Numbered from the stretch's first letter, positions 55,733 to 63,694 are shown. The stretch: 64,000 nt of DNA from a virus (IMGVR_UViG_3300032301_000861:3744-67743); one strand, 5' to 3'. The notes: a model not told the origin generated them from the letters alone. Numbers and translations: made by a program.

Positions 55733-55957
55733 ATGAGCAGACGTATTGAGTACCGTGTGGATTTGGATGAGCGCGGTGAATTCCGTGCTACAGTCTACGA
55801 TGGCGACACTGTATTGGCCGAAGTTGACACCGAGGATATGATGTTTATGATAGAGAACATGGGGGTCCGTGATCCTCGTGATCACCATGGGTTGAGGGAT
55901 TATTTCCGCCTTGCTGGAGTGTTGGATTCTAGCGACACCTTCGAAGTCTGCGGTTGA
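55733..55957 (+). CDS. Small early protein
   Basis: Own promoter, GGAGCA RBS. Confidence 0.75.
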   Translation: MSRRIEYRVDLDERGEFRATVYDGDTVLAEVDTEDMMFMIENMGVRDPRDHHGLRDYFRLAGVLDSSDTFEVCG

Positions 55958-55973
55958 CCGGGAGGATTAAACA

Positions 55974-56144
55974 ATGGAATACCTCAAAAGAGCAGAACTC
56001 TACTGTGCGGCCAGAGGTGATGAACTTTGGTTCAAGAACCTGTACACGGGATTCCGGCAATACAATACTGTCTCTGACAGTGTATGGAAAACCTTGAGTT
56101 ACCTGTACAGCAACGAAACCGCTGATCTGCTGGAGAGCCAATAA
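55974..56144 (+). CDS. 56-aa protein (MEYLKRAELYC...), not in ORF track
   Basis: GGAGG RBS; fills gap to next promoter. Confidence 0.6.
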   Translation: MEYLKRAELYCAARGDELWFKNLYTGFRQYNTVSDSVWKTLSYLYSNETADLLESQ

Positions 56145-56208
56145 ACCGGTTGACAAGGCAGGGGCTCGGTGCTAAAATACACTTACACTGAAACACAAGG
56201 AGCAGCAA

Positions 56209-56352
56209 ATGGAAACTTTTGATGATATCCAGTGCGAAGAGTACTACGCCGCATTCGGCACCGAGCAAGAGCAGTTTGAGCAGTGGATGCAGTCCTTGGA
56301 GGCAGCAGAGATTGACAATGTCAACGCTGAACTCAGGTGCATTACTGGTTGA
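56209..56352 (+). CDS. 47-aa acidic protein (METFDDIQCEEY...), not in ORF track
   Basis: Own promoter, GGAGCA RBS, stop inside next -35. Confidence 0.7.
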   Translation: METFDDIQCEEYYAAFGTEQEQFEQWMQSLEAAEIDNVNAELRCITG

Positions 56353-56407
56353 CAACGCCCGAAAGGGCTGCTATAATACTTGAACACTAACGCAACGGAG
56401 CACGGAA

Positions 56408-56713
56408 ATGAGCTACCCCAATATGAGTTACTGCATGTGCGAAAACACTCTGCTGGCTCTGCAGCAGATCATTAACGCCATGAACATGGAAGGCACGGAC
56501 TTTATCCGTGACCTGAGCCGTAGTGAGCAGCGTGCGTTTGGTGAACTGCTCAACGCCTGCGAGGACTTTAGGGCGGTTGCAGAGGAACTGCAGGACGAAG
56601 CGGATCGTGAAGAAGAGTACGAGGACGATATGGACGGCGATCATGCCAGTGCTTTGGCATCAGCAGGCCTGGGCACTGATGAGGACTATGGTGCCTGTGA
56701 CGAGCGGTTCTAA
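56408..56713 (+). CDS. Acidic early protein (NMSYC..ENT family)
   Basis: Own promoter, GGAGCA RBS. Confidence 0.8.
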   Translation: MSYPNMSYCMCENTLLALQQIINAMNMEGTDFIRDLSRSEQRAFGELLNACEDFRAVAEELQDEADREEEYEDDMDGDHASALASAGLGTDEDYGACDERF

Positions 56714-56813
56714 TTGGAGTGCCGGGGTGTTGTAGAAATACAACACCTTTTTTGGTTGACAGGCCCTCCAGACTCCGCTATAATACTTGAACACTAACGC
56801 AATGGAGCAGCAA

Positions 56814-57071
56814 ATGATTTCAGCAAAACAGCAAGACCGTTTCGATCGCGAAGCACAGCAGCGCGAGTTCTTTGTTCGTTCATTGAACCAAATGATGGAG
56901 GCACAGCGTGAAAACTACAATGGTTACGCTTATAGTGCCGGTTGGCTGCAGAGTATGTTGACTCAGGTTTGGATGCAATTGCCCAAGGCAAAGCGCGAGC
57001 GGGTGCTGGAAGATGTGAAGGAGCAGACCATCAAGCAGTTGAAAGAAGTGGTTGACAAGGCTCGGGTTTGA
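56814..57071 (+). CDS. Small early protein
   Basis: Own promoter; start corrected to MISAK. Confidence 0.75.
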   Translation: MISAKQQDRFDREAQQREFFVRSLNQMMEAQRENYNGYAYSAGWLQSMLTQVWMQLPKAKRERVLEDVKEQTIKQLKEVVDKARV

Positions 57072-57109
57072 CAGTATAATCATTGAACACTAACAGCAAG
57101 GAGCACTAG

Positions 57110-57310
57110 ATGACTAACATCGAACTGGCAAAAGGCATCAAGCACGGTATGTTCGCTAGCCGCCCTACCGTTGAGGAGGCTTGGGACTATGTGGATCACA
57201 TTGCCCGCTCCTGCGGCAAGGACAACCGTGCGGCAGTGATCACTGCGGTACAGGTCATGCTCAACACCGTGGCAGAGCAGATGTTGCGTAACGAACACAC
57301 CGAAGTCTAA
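57110..57310 (+). CDS. Small early protein
   Basis: Own promoter, GGAGCA RBS. Confidence 0.75.
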   Translation: MTNIELAKGIKHGMFASRPTVEEAWDYVDHIARSCGKDNRAAVITAVQVMLNTVAEQMLRNEHTEV

Positions 57311-57376
57311 GAGGTTGACGCAGCCCTTCGGGGCTGCTATAATACTTGAACACTAACAGCACACGGAGCAGTCAAG

Positions 57377-57532
57377 ATGCAGCGTTATAAAATCACAATG
57401 GTTCTGGAACTAGACGAAGAAGCGAACCATCCCCGCAAGTGGCTTGCGGAAACCATCTACGACGCACTGCGTGATGGTGAGGATCTCGTTGAGATTCAGT
57501 ACGAAGAAGTAGTTGACACAGAGTCAGTTTGA
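57377..57532 (+). CDS. 51-aa acidic protein (MQRYKITMVLEL...), not in ORF track
   Basis: Own promoter, GGAGCA RBS. Confidence 0.7.
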   Translation: MQRYKITMVLELDEEANHPRKWLAETIYDALRDGEDLVEIQYEEVVDTESV

Positions 57533-57570
57533 CAATATAATACTTGAACACTAGAGCAATGGAGCAAGTG

Positions 57571-57846
57571 ATGCGAGTAAAAACGATCGACCCATACGAT
57601 ACCCGTGCGTACACCTGCGCGGTGCTGGAACTTGTTGACGAAGGTATGCTGGACAAGGACACACTGATCGCAGACTTGCTCAGTTGGATGAGCGAGTTCG
57701 AAGTTGAGCAGTTCTGCCAGAAGAACTTGCGGGACGATGACACCAACGAGTGCCTGATTGGGCCCGAGCAGGCGGATGAGGAAGAGGACAGTGACGAAGC
57801 AGCACTGAATGACTTTAACTATGTGGGTTCACGTCACCACTATTGA
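57571..57846 (+). CDS. Acidic early protein
   Basis: Own promoter; start corrected to MRVKT. Confidence 0.75.
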   Translation: MRVKTIDPYDTRAYTCAVLELVDEGMLDKDTLIADLLSWMSEFEVEQFCQKNLRDDDTNECLIGPEQADEEEDSDEAALNDFNYVGSRHHY

Positions 57847-57857
57847 TCGGAGAGCAT

Positions 57858-58040
57858 ATGATCCCGGAATTTATTCATAAGATCGACTGGGCTCTGTTAC
57901 GCAAACAGAAACGGTGGCTGCTGCATCAATCGGTTCTGGATTGTGCCGAAGCAGAGGGGCTACTGGCCCTAGTGGTTGCGATACAGGACTATGCAGTTGA
58001 TGAGATGTTTATTGATGAAACCTCTGTTTTTGGAGAATGA
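57858..58040 (+). CDS. Small protein
   Basis: GGAG RBS; start MIPEF. Confidence 0.6.
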   Translation: MIPEFIHKIDWALLRKQKRWLLHQSVLDCAEAEGLLALVVAIQDYAVDEMFIDETSVFGE

Positions 58041-58041
58041 T

Positions 58042-58206
58042 ATGAAAGATTGGTTCAATACTCGTTACAGTGCACAAGAGCTGCGTGAGATCGTTGCAGA
58101 CCATCCTGCTTGGATTTATCGTGAAGTGCCTGAGAATATGGGCCGTTGTAAGTTGGCCGCAGAGTTGGAGCGGTTGGATCAAGAACTAGAGGAGCAGGCC
58201 CTGTGA
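58042..58206 (+). CDS. Small protein
   Basis: GGAG RBS; start MKDWF. Confidence 0.6.
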   Translation: MKDWFNTRYSAQELREIVADHPAWIYREVPENMGRCKLAAELERLDQELEEQAL

Positions 58207-58442
58207 GGATTCCGTCGGGTCCTGTAGACAAGGCTCTTAAATGGACCGCCACTGTGATCTTGATTGTGGGGTCGCTGATCAACGGTTTAGGCTATTATCC
58301 TTGGGGTCCATTAATCCTCACAGCAGGCGGAGCCATTTGGCTCATAGTGGCCTGTCGGTGGCGTGAACCCAGTATGATCGTGACCAATGCTGTTATGTTT
58401 GTGGCAGGCGCAGGCGGGCTGTTATTCAATCTTATTAAGTGA
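58203..58442 (+). CDS. Small integral membrane protein (about three TM helices)
   Basis: Hydrophobic segments; GTGA overlap. Confidence 0.7.
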   Translation: MRIPSGPVDKALKWTATVILIVGSLINGLGYYPWGPLILTAGGAIWLIVACRWREPSMIVTNAVMFVAGAGGLLFNLIK

Positions 58443-58538
58443 AGTGCCGGGGTGTTGTCAAAATACAACAGAGATTTTGGTTGACAAGACAGAACAGATC
58501 CGCTATAATACTTGAACACTAACAGCACGGAGAACAAG

Positions 58539-58760
58539 ATGACAGACTTTCAAGACCGCGACAACGACAACTTAGACTTCCTGCTCAGTCTAGATCAAGC
58601 AGGCCTGGTTGTTTGGTTCATGCAGGCCTCAGCCGATGACGTTGCTTATGCTATGGAACTGATGACTAGGCACAGCGAGGAGTTGGCTATTGAGCGGACT
58701 CTTAACACCACGGAGTGGATTGAATCCAATGTGGTGCTGGAACGTTTTCGTTTACACTAA
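58539..58760 (+). CDS. Small acidic early protein
   Basis: Own promoter; start corrected to MTDFQ. Confidence 0.7.
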   Translation: MTDFQDRDNDNLDFLLSLDQAGLVVWFMQASADDVAYAMELMTRHSEELAIERTLNTTEWIESNVVLERFRLH

Positions 58761-58787
58761 TTCACACTAACAGCAAGGAGCAACTAA

Positions 58788-59222
58788 ATGGGAACTCGTA
58801 GCGCAATCGGTATGCAGTTTGGTGACATCATCAAAGCAGTCTACTGCCACTGGGATGGATATCCTGAAAACAATGGTCGTATCTTGATCGAGAACTATAC
58901 CGCCAGGACCAAGACAGCACATCTGATCAGCCTGGGCAATCTTTCCGTTCTGGGGCCTATGGTAGAGCCCGATCCGGAATTCCCGCATACCAAGCATCAA
59001 CCCCAACGAGATGTTTGTGTGTTCAAAGGTCGAGATTACGACGAGCCGGGCAATGAGTATCAGGTATTTGACTGTTCTGAAGAGTACAGGTGTGAGTTTG
59101 GGTCAGATGTAGAATACTTGTACCTGCTGACCACTGATGGTAACTGGTTGGTATGCGACAGCCGGAGCATCGATGGTCGTTGGCAACTGTTGGCTGATGT
59201 GCTAGAACAAGAAGAGGCCTAA
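58788..59222 (+). CDS. Conserved protein of unknown function (MGTRS.IG...YCHWDGYP family)
   Basis: Motif; preceded by the array leader without a promoter. Confidence 0.8.
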   Translation: MGTRSAIGMQFGDIIKAVYCHWDGYPENNGRILIENYTARTKTAHLISLGNLSVLGPMVEPDPEFPHTKHQPQRDVCVFKGRDYDEPGNEYQVFDCSEEYRCEFGSDVEYLYLLTTDGNWLVCDSRSIDGRWQLLADVLEQEEA

Positions 59223-59223
59223 T

Positions 59224-59430
59224 ATGAACAAGATCGAAAAGAAGATACTATCCGCACTAGAAGATCAAGACATCCTAGATGTATACTTTGATTCCGGGAG
59301 ACTGATCTATATGAACGATTGGGACGAGAGTGCCGTTCGAAAGATTGTTCAAGACCAATTCCCCCAATTTGATCCCTCAAATATTATCTATGATGAGGAG
59401 CCGGAATACTTTGGAAAAATTGGTTACTAA
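59224..59430 (+). CDS. Hypothetical protein
   Basis: GAGG RBS. Confidence 0.65.
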   Translation: MNKIEKKILSALEDQDILDVYFDSGRLIYMNDWDESAVRKIVQDQFPQFDPSNIIYDEEPEYFGKIGY

Positions 59431-59524
59431 AAACGGTTGACCATTCGAACAGAATACTGTATAATATTATTAATGCGAGATAATTCGCAGTCACACACAA
59501 CACACACACAGAAAGGATTTAATT

Positions 59525-59929
59525 ATGTCACAGTTTACATATGCAGGTGTTTCCAAACACAAAGGTGAGTTCAAAGTTCGATTTGCCAATGATCAGATGC
59601 GGGTCAAAGTTCTAGCCAAGAACGATCATACTGATATCGATATCATTGCTCTTCCGGACGCAATGACCAAAGAGGCCGCTGTAGTCTACCTAACCCAGAT
59701 CGCATTCTGGGACAAGGGCGGTGTAGTTAACGCTGAAGTCCGTGCTGCTATCGAAGCAGAGCAGACCAAACGTGAACCCAAGGCTGCTAGCAAGGACAAG
59801 CCCAAGAAAGAGGCCAAGAAGCCCAAGAAAGAAGTTCCCGCCAAGGCGATCACGCTGGACGCTATCAAGGCCAAAGCACCCAAGGTTGCCAAGCCCAATC
59901 TAGAAGATCTAGAAGAGGCTCCGTTCTAA
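59525..59929 (+). CDS. Putative DNA-binding protein with K/A/P-rich histone-like tail
   Basis: KAASKDKPKKEAKKPKKEVPAK tail; (CA)n enhancer-like leader and AGGA RBS. Confidence 0.6.
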   Translation: MSQFTYAGVSKHKGEFKVRFANDQMRVKVLAKNDHTDIDIIALPDAMTKEAAVVYLTQIAFWDKGGVVNAEVRAAIEAEQTKREPKAASKDKPKKEAKKPKKEVPAKAITLDAIKAKAPKVAKPNLEDLEEAPF

Positions 59930-60010
59930 ATCTAAGTACCCCCGAGACCGAGACTTGTAAATAATCTAGTCTCGGTACTACTTCGGGGTATTTAGAAATG
60001 GGTAAGGACG

Positions 60011-60334
60011 ATGGGAAAATTGACTATACTGACTAGATCATCTGTAAGGTTTGATCCCCGGGATCCAACTCATAGGTTATACTATTATCAGTACATACGA
60101 ACAAATAGACAGGGCGAATGTCCTGTAAGATTTACCACAGTTCAGGATGATCAGGGCAATATGGTAGAGAAGGTACGCAGAATGCTCTGCGATTACTATA
60201 CTGGCCTTGAGTTTCAGATGCATCAAGAACGAGATCCAAATTCTTTTACAGTTCGAGAAGAAAGGATCATCGCAGCAGAAATTCCGGATGAAATTCCTAC
60301 ACTGACAGATACAATTGGTGAAACTGAGGGTTGA
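60011..60334 (+). CDS. Hypothetical protein
   Basis: AAGGA RBS. Confidence 0.6.
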   Translation: MGKLTILTRSSVRFDPRDPTHRLYYYQYIRTNRQGECPVRFTTVQDDQGNMVEKVRRMLCDYYTGLEFQMHQERDPNSFTVREERIIAAEIPDEIPTLTDTIGETEG

Positions 60335-60405
60335 TTAACTGTGTTAATGTGTGTAATATTATTAGACACTGCACAGCGCAGTTAAAGAACAAAAAGGAAA
60401 ACAAA

Positions 60406-60648
60406 ATGAGTTTCACGCAAATTAAAACTACACAGAAAGAGTTTCTAGAAGATTATCTACGCGGTACAGGTCGCAGCCTATCAGGTGCCCAGGCCCGTGC
60501 TACATTTGGTATCATGAACCTCCGTGCTCGAGTATCAGAACTGCGTAAAGCAGGGCTCCGCGTTCGTCGTGAGCGTAACACGGAAGGCCGCAGCACCTAC
60601 GCAATCAGTGCTCGCGATGTTACCGGTAGCCGCAGCAACCTATTCTGA
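60406..60648 (+). CDS. Winged helix-turn-helix protein
   Basis: YL..TG.SLS..QA...FGI.NL.ARVSELR..G..V pattern. Confidence 0.7.
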   Translation: MSFTQIKTTQKEFLEDYLRGTGRSLSGAQARATFGIMNLRARVSELRKAGLRVRRERNTEGRSTYAISARDVTGSRSNLF

Positions 60649-60835
60649 GTAGAACCAGTCGCTCCGAAGTCCGGGGGTAGTGTCCCGGCAAACTGGAAGG
60701 GTCCCGCTGGGAAGCGTCGACCCTTCCGCCTTCTTCCACCGTTGCTCATCTGCCACAACCCCGGCACTGCCACCGTTGTACAAATATAACACCTTTTTTG
60801 GTTGACCAAAATCCTAGTTCCTGTATAATACGAAT

Positions 60836-61207
60836 ATGGACAACACGGAGCACAAGATGGATTACACCTTCGACAACGATACGGTTTCCGATCTGCACAA
60901 AGATGCCTACGGTTTCCGCCCCAGCGAACTGTTCTGGGAAGAGTGGATCGGGGCTACGGATGCTGAGCGGCAGGCCATCTGGGACAGTCTGGAGCGGGCC
61001 TTGGAGGTCAGCATGGAGATCGAGCGGGAGAACGAGCAGCGGGCCATTGACAGGTTCGAGGCCCTGGTCCGGGTGAACATTGACGCAGGTGCAGAGGACC
61101 GTGAGACCGCACTGCGCTGGATCATGGATGCCAGCCGTGCCAATGGTGACTGGGAGTACCTGTGCTGGGAGTACAGTCTGCCATATCGTTACTTTGAGCG
61201 GGGTTGA
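60836..61207 (+). CDS. Early protein (SDLHKDAYGFRP family)
   Basis: Own promoter; start 60836 or 60857; stop inside next -35. Confidence 0.8.
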   Translation: MDNTEHKMDYTFDNDTVSDLHKDAYGFRPSELFWEEWIGATDAERQAIWDSLERALEVSMEIERENEQRAIDRFEALVRVNIDAGAEDRETALRWIMDASRANGDWEYLCWEYSLPYRYFERG

Positions 61208-61255
61208 CAGGTAAATAGTGTGATAGTACAATGTACACACTTAGGAGAACACGCG

Positions 61256-61564
61256 ATGAAGAAGATTGCACTTGCCCTTGCTCTTACTGCTAGCCTAGTT
61301 GGCCATGCTCACGCTCACGGTGGCTATCGTGGTGCGCCAGTTTGGGGTGCTGTGGCAGCAGGTGCGATCCTCGGTGCTGCCATTGCCGGTGCCCCAGTAT
61401 ATGCTGCTCCTCCCGTGTATGTTGCTCCACAACCAGTTTATCCTCAAGCAGTATATCCCCAAACTCAAGGTTGCCCATATGGCACCTACCCGTCCTATAC
61501 TGCCGTGACTACCTATGATGCCTACGGAAGAGCATATAGCCAATATCAATTGACCTGCCGATAA
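61256..61564 (+). CDS. Exported/membrane Pro-Tyr-rich protein
   Basis: Signal peptide MKKIALALAL..., glycine-zipper segment, PVY repeats. Confidence 0.7.
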   Translation: MKKIALALALTASLVGHAHAHGGYRGAPVWGAVAAGAILGAAIAGAPVYAAPPVYVAPQPVYPQAVYPQTQGCPYGTYPSYTAVTTYDAYGRAYSQYQLTCR

Positions 61565-61585
61565 ACTATTAATTTTATACACAAT

Positions 61586-61662
61586 ACCACCGTGGTCTAA
61601 TTGAATAAGGCAACGCTCTTCTAAAGCGTACGATGTGAGTTTGAATCTCGCCGGTGGTACCA
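61586..61662 (+). tRNA. tRNA-Arg(UCU) with encoded CCA
   Basis: ACCACCG/CGGTGGT acceptor, ACGCT-CTTCTAA-AGCGT anticodon arm, GTGAG-TTTGAAT-CTCGC T arm. Confidence 0.9.
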
Positions 61663-61714
61663 ATTCTATTCATAGGTATAAATACTTCTAACAACCACTT
61701 AGAAGTTAGAACTT

Positions 61715-62401
61715 ATGAATTATACCAAAATATACGATCGACTTATACTACGAGCACAATCTAGACTTCAAAGTAAAGGCGAGTATTATGAAAAACATCA
61801 TATTATACCTCGATGCCTCAGTGGCACAGACGAGAAAGAAAATCTCGTCTCTCTTACCGCTAGAGAACATTTTATAGCACACCTTTGTCTTGTTAAGATT
61901 CATCCAGGTAACGGCTCATTAGTTAGAGCCGCTATGATGATGGCTTGTGAAAGCACTAATCAGAATCGCTCTGCTAATCGAGTATACGAATGGTTAAGAA
62001 TAAAGCACTCAAAAGCAATGAGTCAATCACAGACCGGAAAAGGAAATAGCCAGTTCGGAACAAGTTGGATTTTTAACCAAACGACCAATACTAATAAGAA
62101 AGTCCCAAATGACCAAATATCAAATTATTTGGAATCAGGATGGATTAAAGGAAGAGATGTAAAGTTCTATACCTGTGCGGTTTGTTTAAAATCTTTTAGT
62201 CATCATTTTAAAAAGAACACCTGTAGCAGTAAATGTTCTAAAATAGACAAACGACCGTTTCAAGTATTTGAAGGTAGAGAGCAAGAATTCTTAGATCATT
62301 ATCAAAATCTTAAAAGTATGAACAAGGCGTTACAGGCTATGGGATTCAAAGGAGCAATAAGTCACTACTACAAGTGGGCTAGATCAGTGCTTGACAAGTA
62401 G
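61715..62401 (+). mobile_element. Free-standing HNH homing endonuclease (T4 Mob/SegD-like) next to tRNA
   Basis: EKHHIIPRCL.G.D...NLV.LTAREHFIAH; NUMOD-like GKGNSQFG; AT-rich; TATAAATA at 61677. Confidence 0.8.
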
Positions 62402-62453
62402 ATAATTTTTTGTTATAATCATCAAAACTTAAACTAGAAAGGAAATAAAGAAA

Positions 62454-62600
62454 GTGCCTAAAATTCCAACTCATCAGATCCTCGATGACGAATGGGATGA
62501 GCCTAGAACCAAACAAGGCGTCAAACGCCTGCCCAAGCAGGACAAAGAATGGGAAGACCAACGCCGCGATGCTTGGCGTAAGAAGAACCGACAAGACTAA
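62454..62600 (+). CDS. 48-aa charged peptide (MPKIPTHQILDD...), not in ORF track
   Basis: GTG start after AAGGA, follows promoter 62391. Confidence 0.55.
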   Translation: MPKIPTHQILDDEWDEPRTKQGVKRLPKQDKEWEDQRRDAWRKKNRQD

Positions 62601-62622
62601 CACACACTGAGAGAGTATACAC

Positions 62623-62769
62623 ATGAACAAACCAGGAACTCAACAACCATCCAGCACCGGCGGCACTATTACCTATACCAAGACCGGACTGGTACACACA
62701 GCGGGCAAACATTTCAGTGGATCCACCGCCGAAGCAGATAAACCAAAAACTCCTAAAAAGAAAGGTTGA
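62623..62769 (+). CDS. 48-aa peptide (MNKPGTQ...TYTKTGLVH.A...PKKKG), not in ORF track
   Basis: GAGAG RBS; stop inside next -35. Confidence 0.55.
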   Translation: MNKPGTQQPSSTGGTITYTKTGLVHTAGKHFSGSTAEADKPKTPKKKG

Positions 62770-62830
62770 CTTTAGGCAGTCTTGATCGTATAATACACAG
62801 ACACTTAAATAATATTGAAAGGAAACAGAT

Positions 62831-63694
62831 ATGGCCCGTCCAGCAAAGAGTTCAGCAAGTGTAACCGTACTTGAGTTTGATACCGAAGCGATCAAACGCC
62901 GTGAACAAGAAGTGGCTCGTGAATCCGATGAGCAGATTCTTGAGCGACTGGCAGAACGGTTTGACATCCTAGACCACATGACCAAGGCTGTTAAGAGCGG
63001 TACCGTGCGTGCTATGATTGTATCAGGTCCCCCGGGTGTGGGCAAGAGTTTTGGTGTTGAGCGTGTGCTGGAGCGTGATGGTCTACTGGATCAGATCGCA
63101 GAACGCAAACCCAAATATGAAATTGTCAAGGGTGCTATGAGTGCCATTGGTCTATACAAGAAACTCTATGAGTTCAGTGCCAAAGGCAATGTTGTGGTGT
63201 TTGATGACTGCGACAGTATTCTTATGGAAGACCTGGCCCTGAACATTCTCAAAGGTGCCCTGGACAGCAGCAAAAAGCGATTTATCAGTTGGAACACGGA
63301 CAGCAGGATTCTGCGATCAGAAGGTATTCCAGATCGCTTTGAATTCAAGGGTGCTGCAATCTTTATTACCAATATCAAGTTTGAGCATGTTCGATCAAAG
63401 AAACTGAAAGATCACTTGGATGCACTAGAAAGCCGCTGCCACTACATTGATCTGCAGATGGACACACAGCGAGAAAAGATTCTCCGTATCAAACAGATTA
63501 TCAGCACTGGGATGCTGGACGAATACGAGTTTGAAGACTGTGTTAAAGATGAATTGGTTGACTTTATCGATCAGAACAAAGATCAACTGCGTGAATTGAG
63601 TCTGCGTATGGTACTCAAGATTGCAGATCTACGTAAGAGTTTTCCAACCAAATGGCAGTCAATGGTACGCACAACCTGTATGCGGCGTGTATGA
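62831..63694 (+). CDS. AAA+ ATPase, paralog 2
   Basis: GPPGVGKS, VVFDDCD, ILKGALDS, F.F.G..IFITN. Confidence 0.9.
   Translation: MARPAKSSASVTVLEFDTEAIKRREQEVARESDEQILERLAERFDILDHMTKAVKSGTVRAMIVSGPPGVGKSFGVERVLERDGLLDQIAERKPKYEIVKGAMSAIGLYKKLYEFSAKGNVVVFDDCDSILMEDLALNILKGALDSSKKRFISWNTDSRILRSEGIPDRFEFKGAAIFITNIKFEHVRSKKLKDHLDALESRCHYIDLQMDTQREKILRIKQIISTGMLDEYEFEDCVKDELVDFIDQNKDQLRELSLRMVLKIADLRKSFPTKWQSMVRTTCMRRV

Larger units (their letters stand above)
51474..62794 (+). promoter_or_regulatory. Array of 21 sigma70 early promoters; -35 boxes at 51514, 51889, 52160, 53155, 53697, 54261, 54592, 55036, 55677, 56150, 56349, 56756, 57052, 57315, 57513, 58481, 59437, 60802, 61204, 62391, 62766
   Basis: TTGAC(A/C/T/G)-17(16)-TA(T/C/A)AAT at each site; 14 followed by the leader (a/c)(c/a)ttgaacact..N..GGAG(CA)..ATG or close variant. 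Confidence 0.92.

Noticed and set aside
55954-55982. TTGACC at 55954 as an additional array promoter
   Set aside because: No convincing -10 at 16-18 nt; counted as a probable promoter remnant only
51920-58760. ORF-track starts reading MNTN/MNTK/MNTR (51920, 53728, 55067, 56787, 57544, 58512)
   Set aside because: They are TTG codons inside the shared leader acTTGaacact, upstream of the GGAG RBS; true starts are the downstream ATGs
51474-62794. Promoter repeats as CRISPR array or true integron
   Set aside because: Spacing is variable and filled with ORFs; repeats are promoter/RBS sequences; no attC core geometry and no tyrosine integrase in the window
52214-63378. Minus-strand ORFs across the early array (e.g. 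52867..53310, 60746..61240, 62521..63045)
   Set aside because: Antisense to well-supported genes in a region where all promoters face plus
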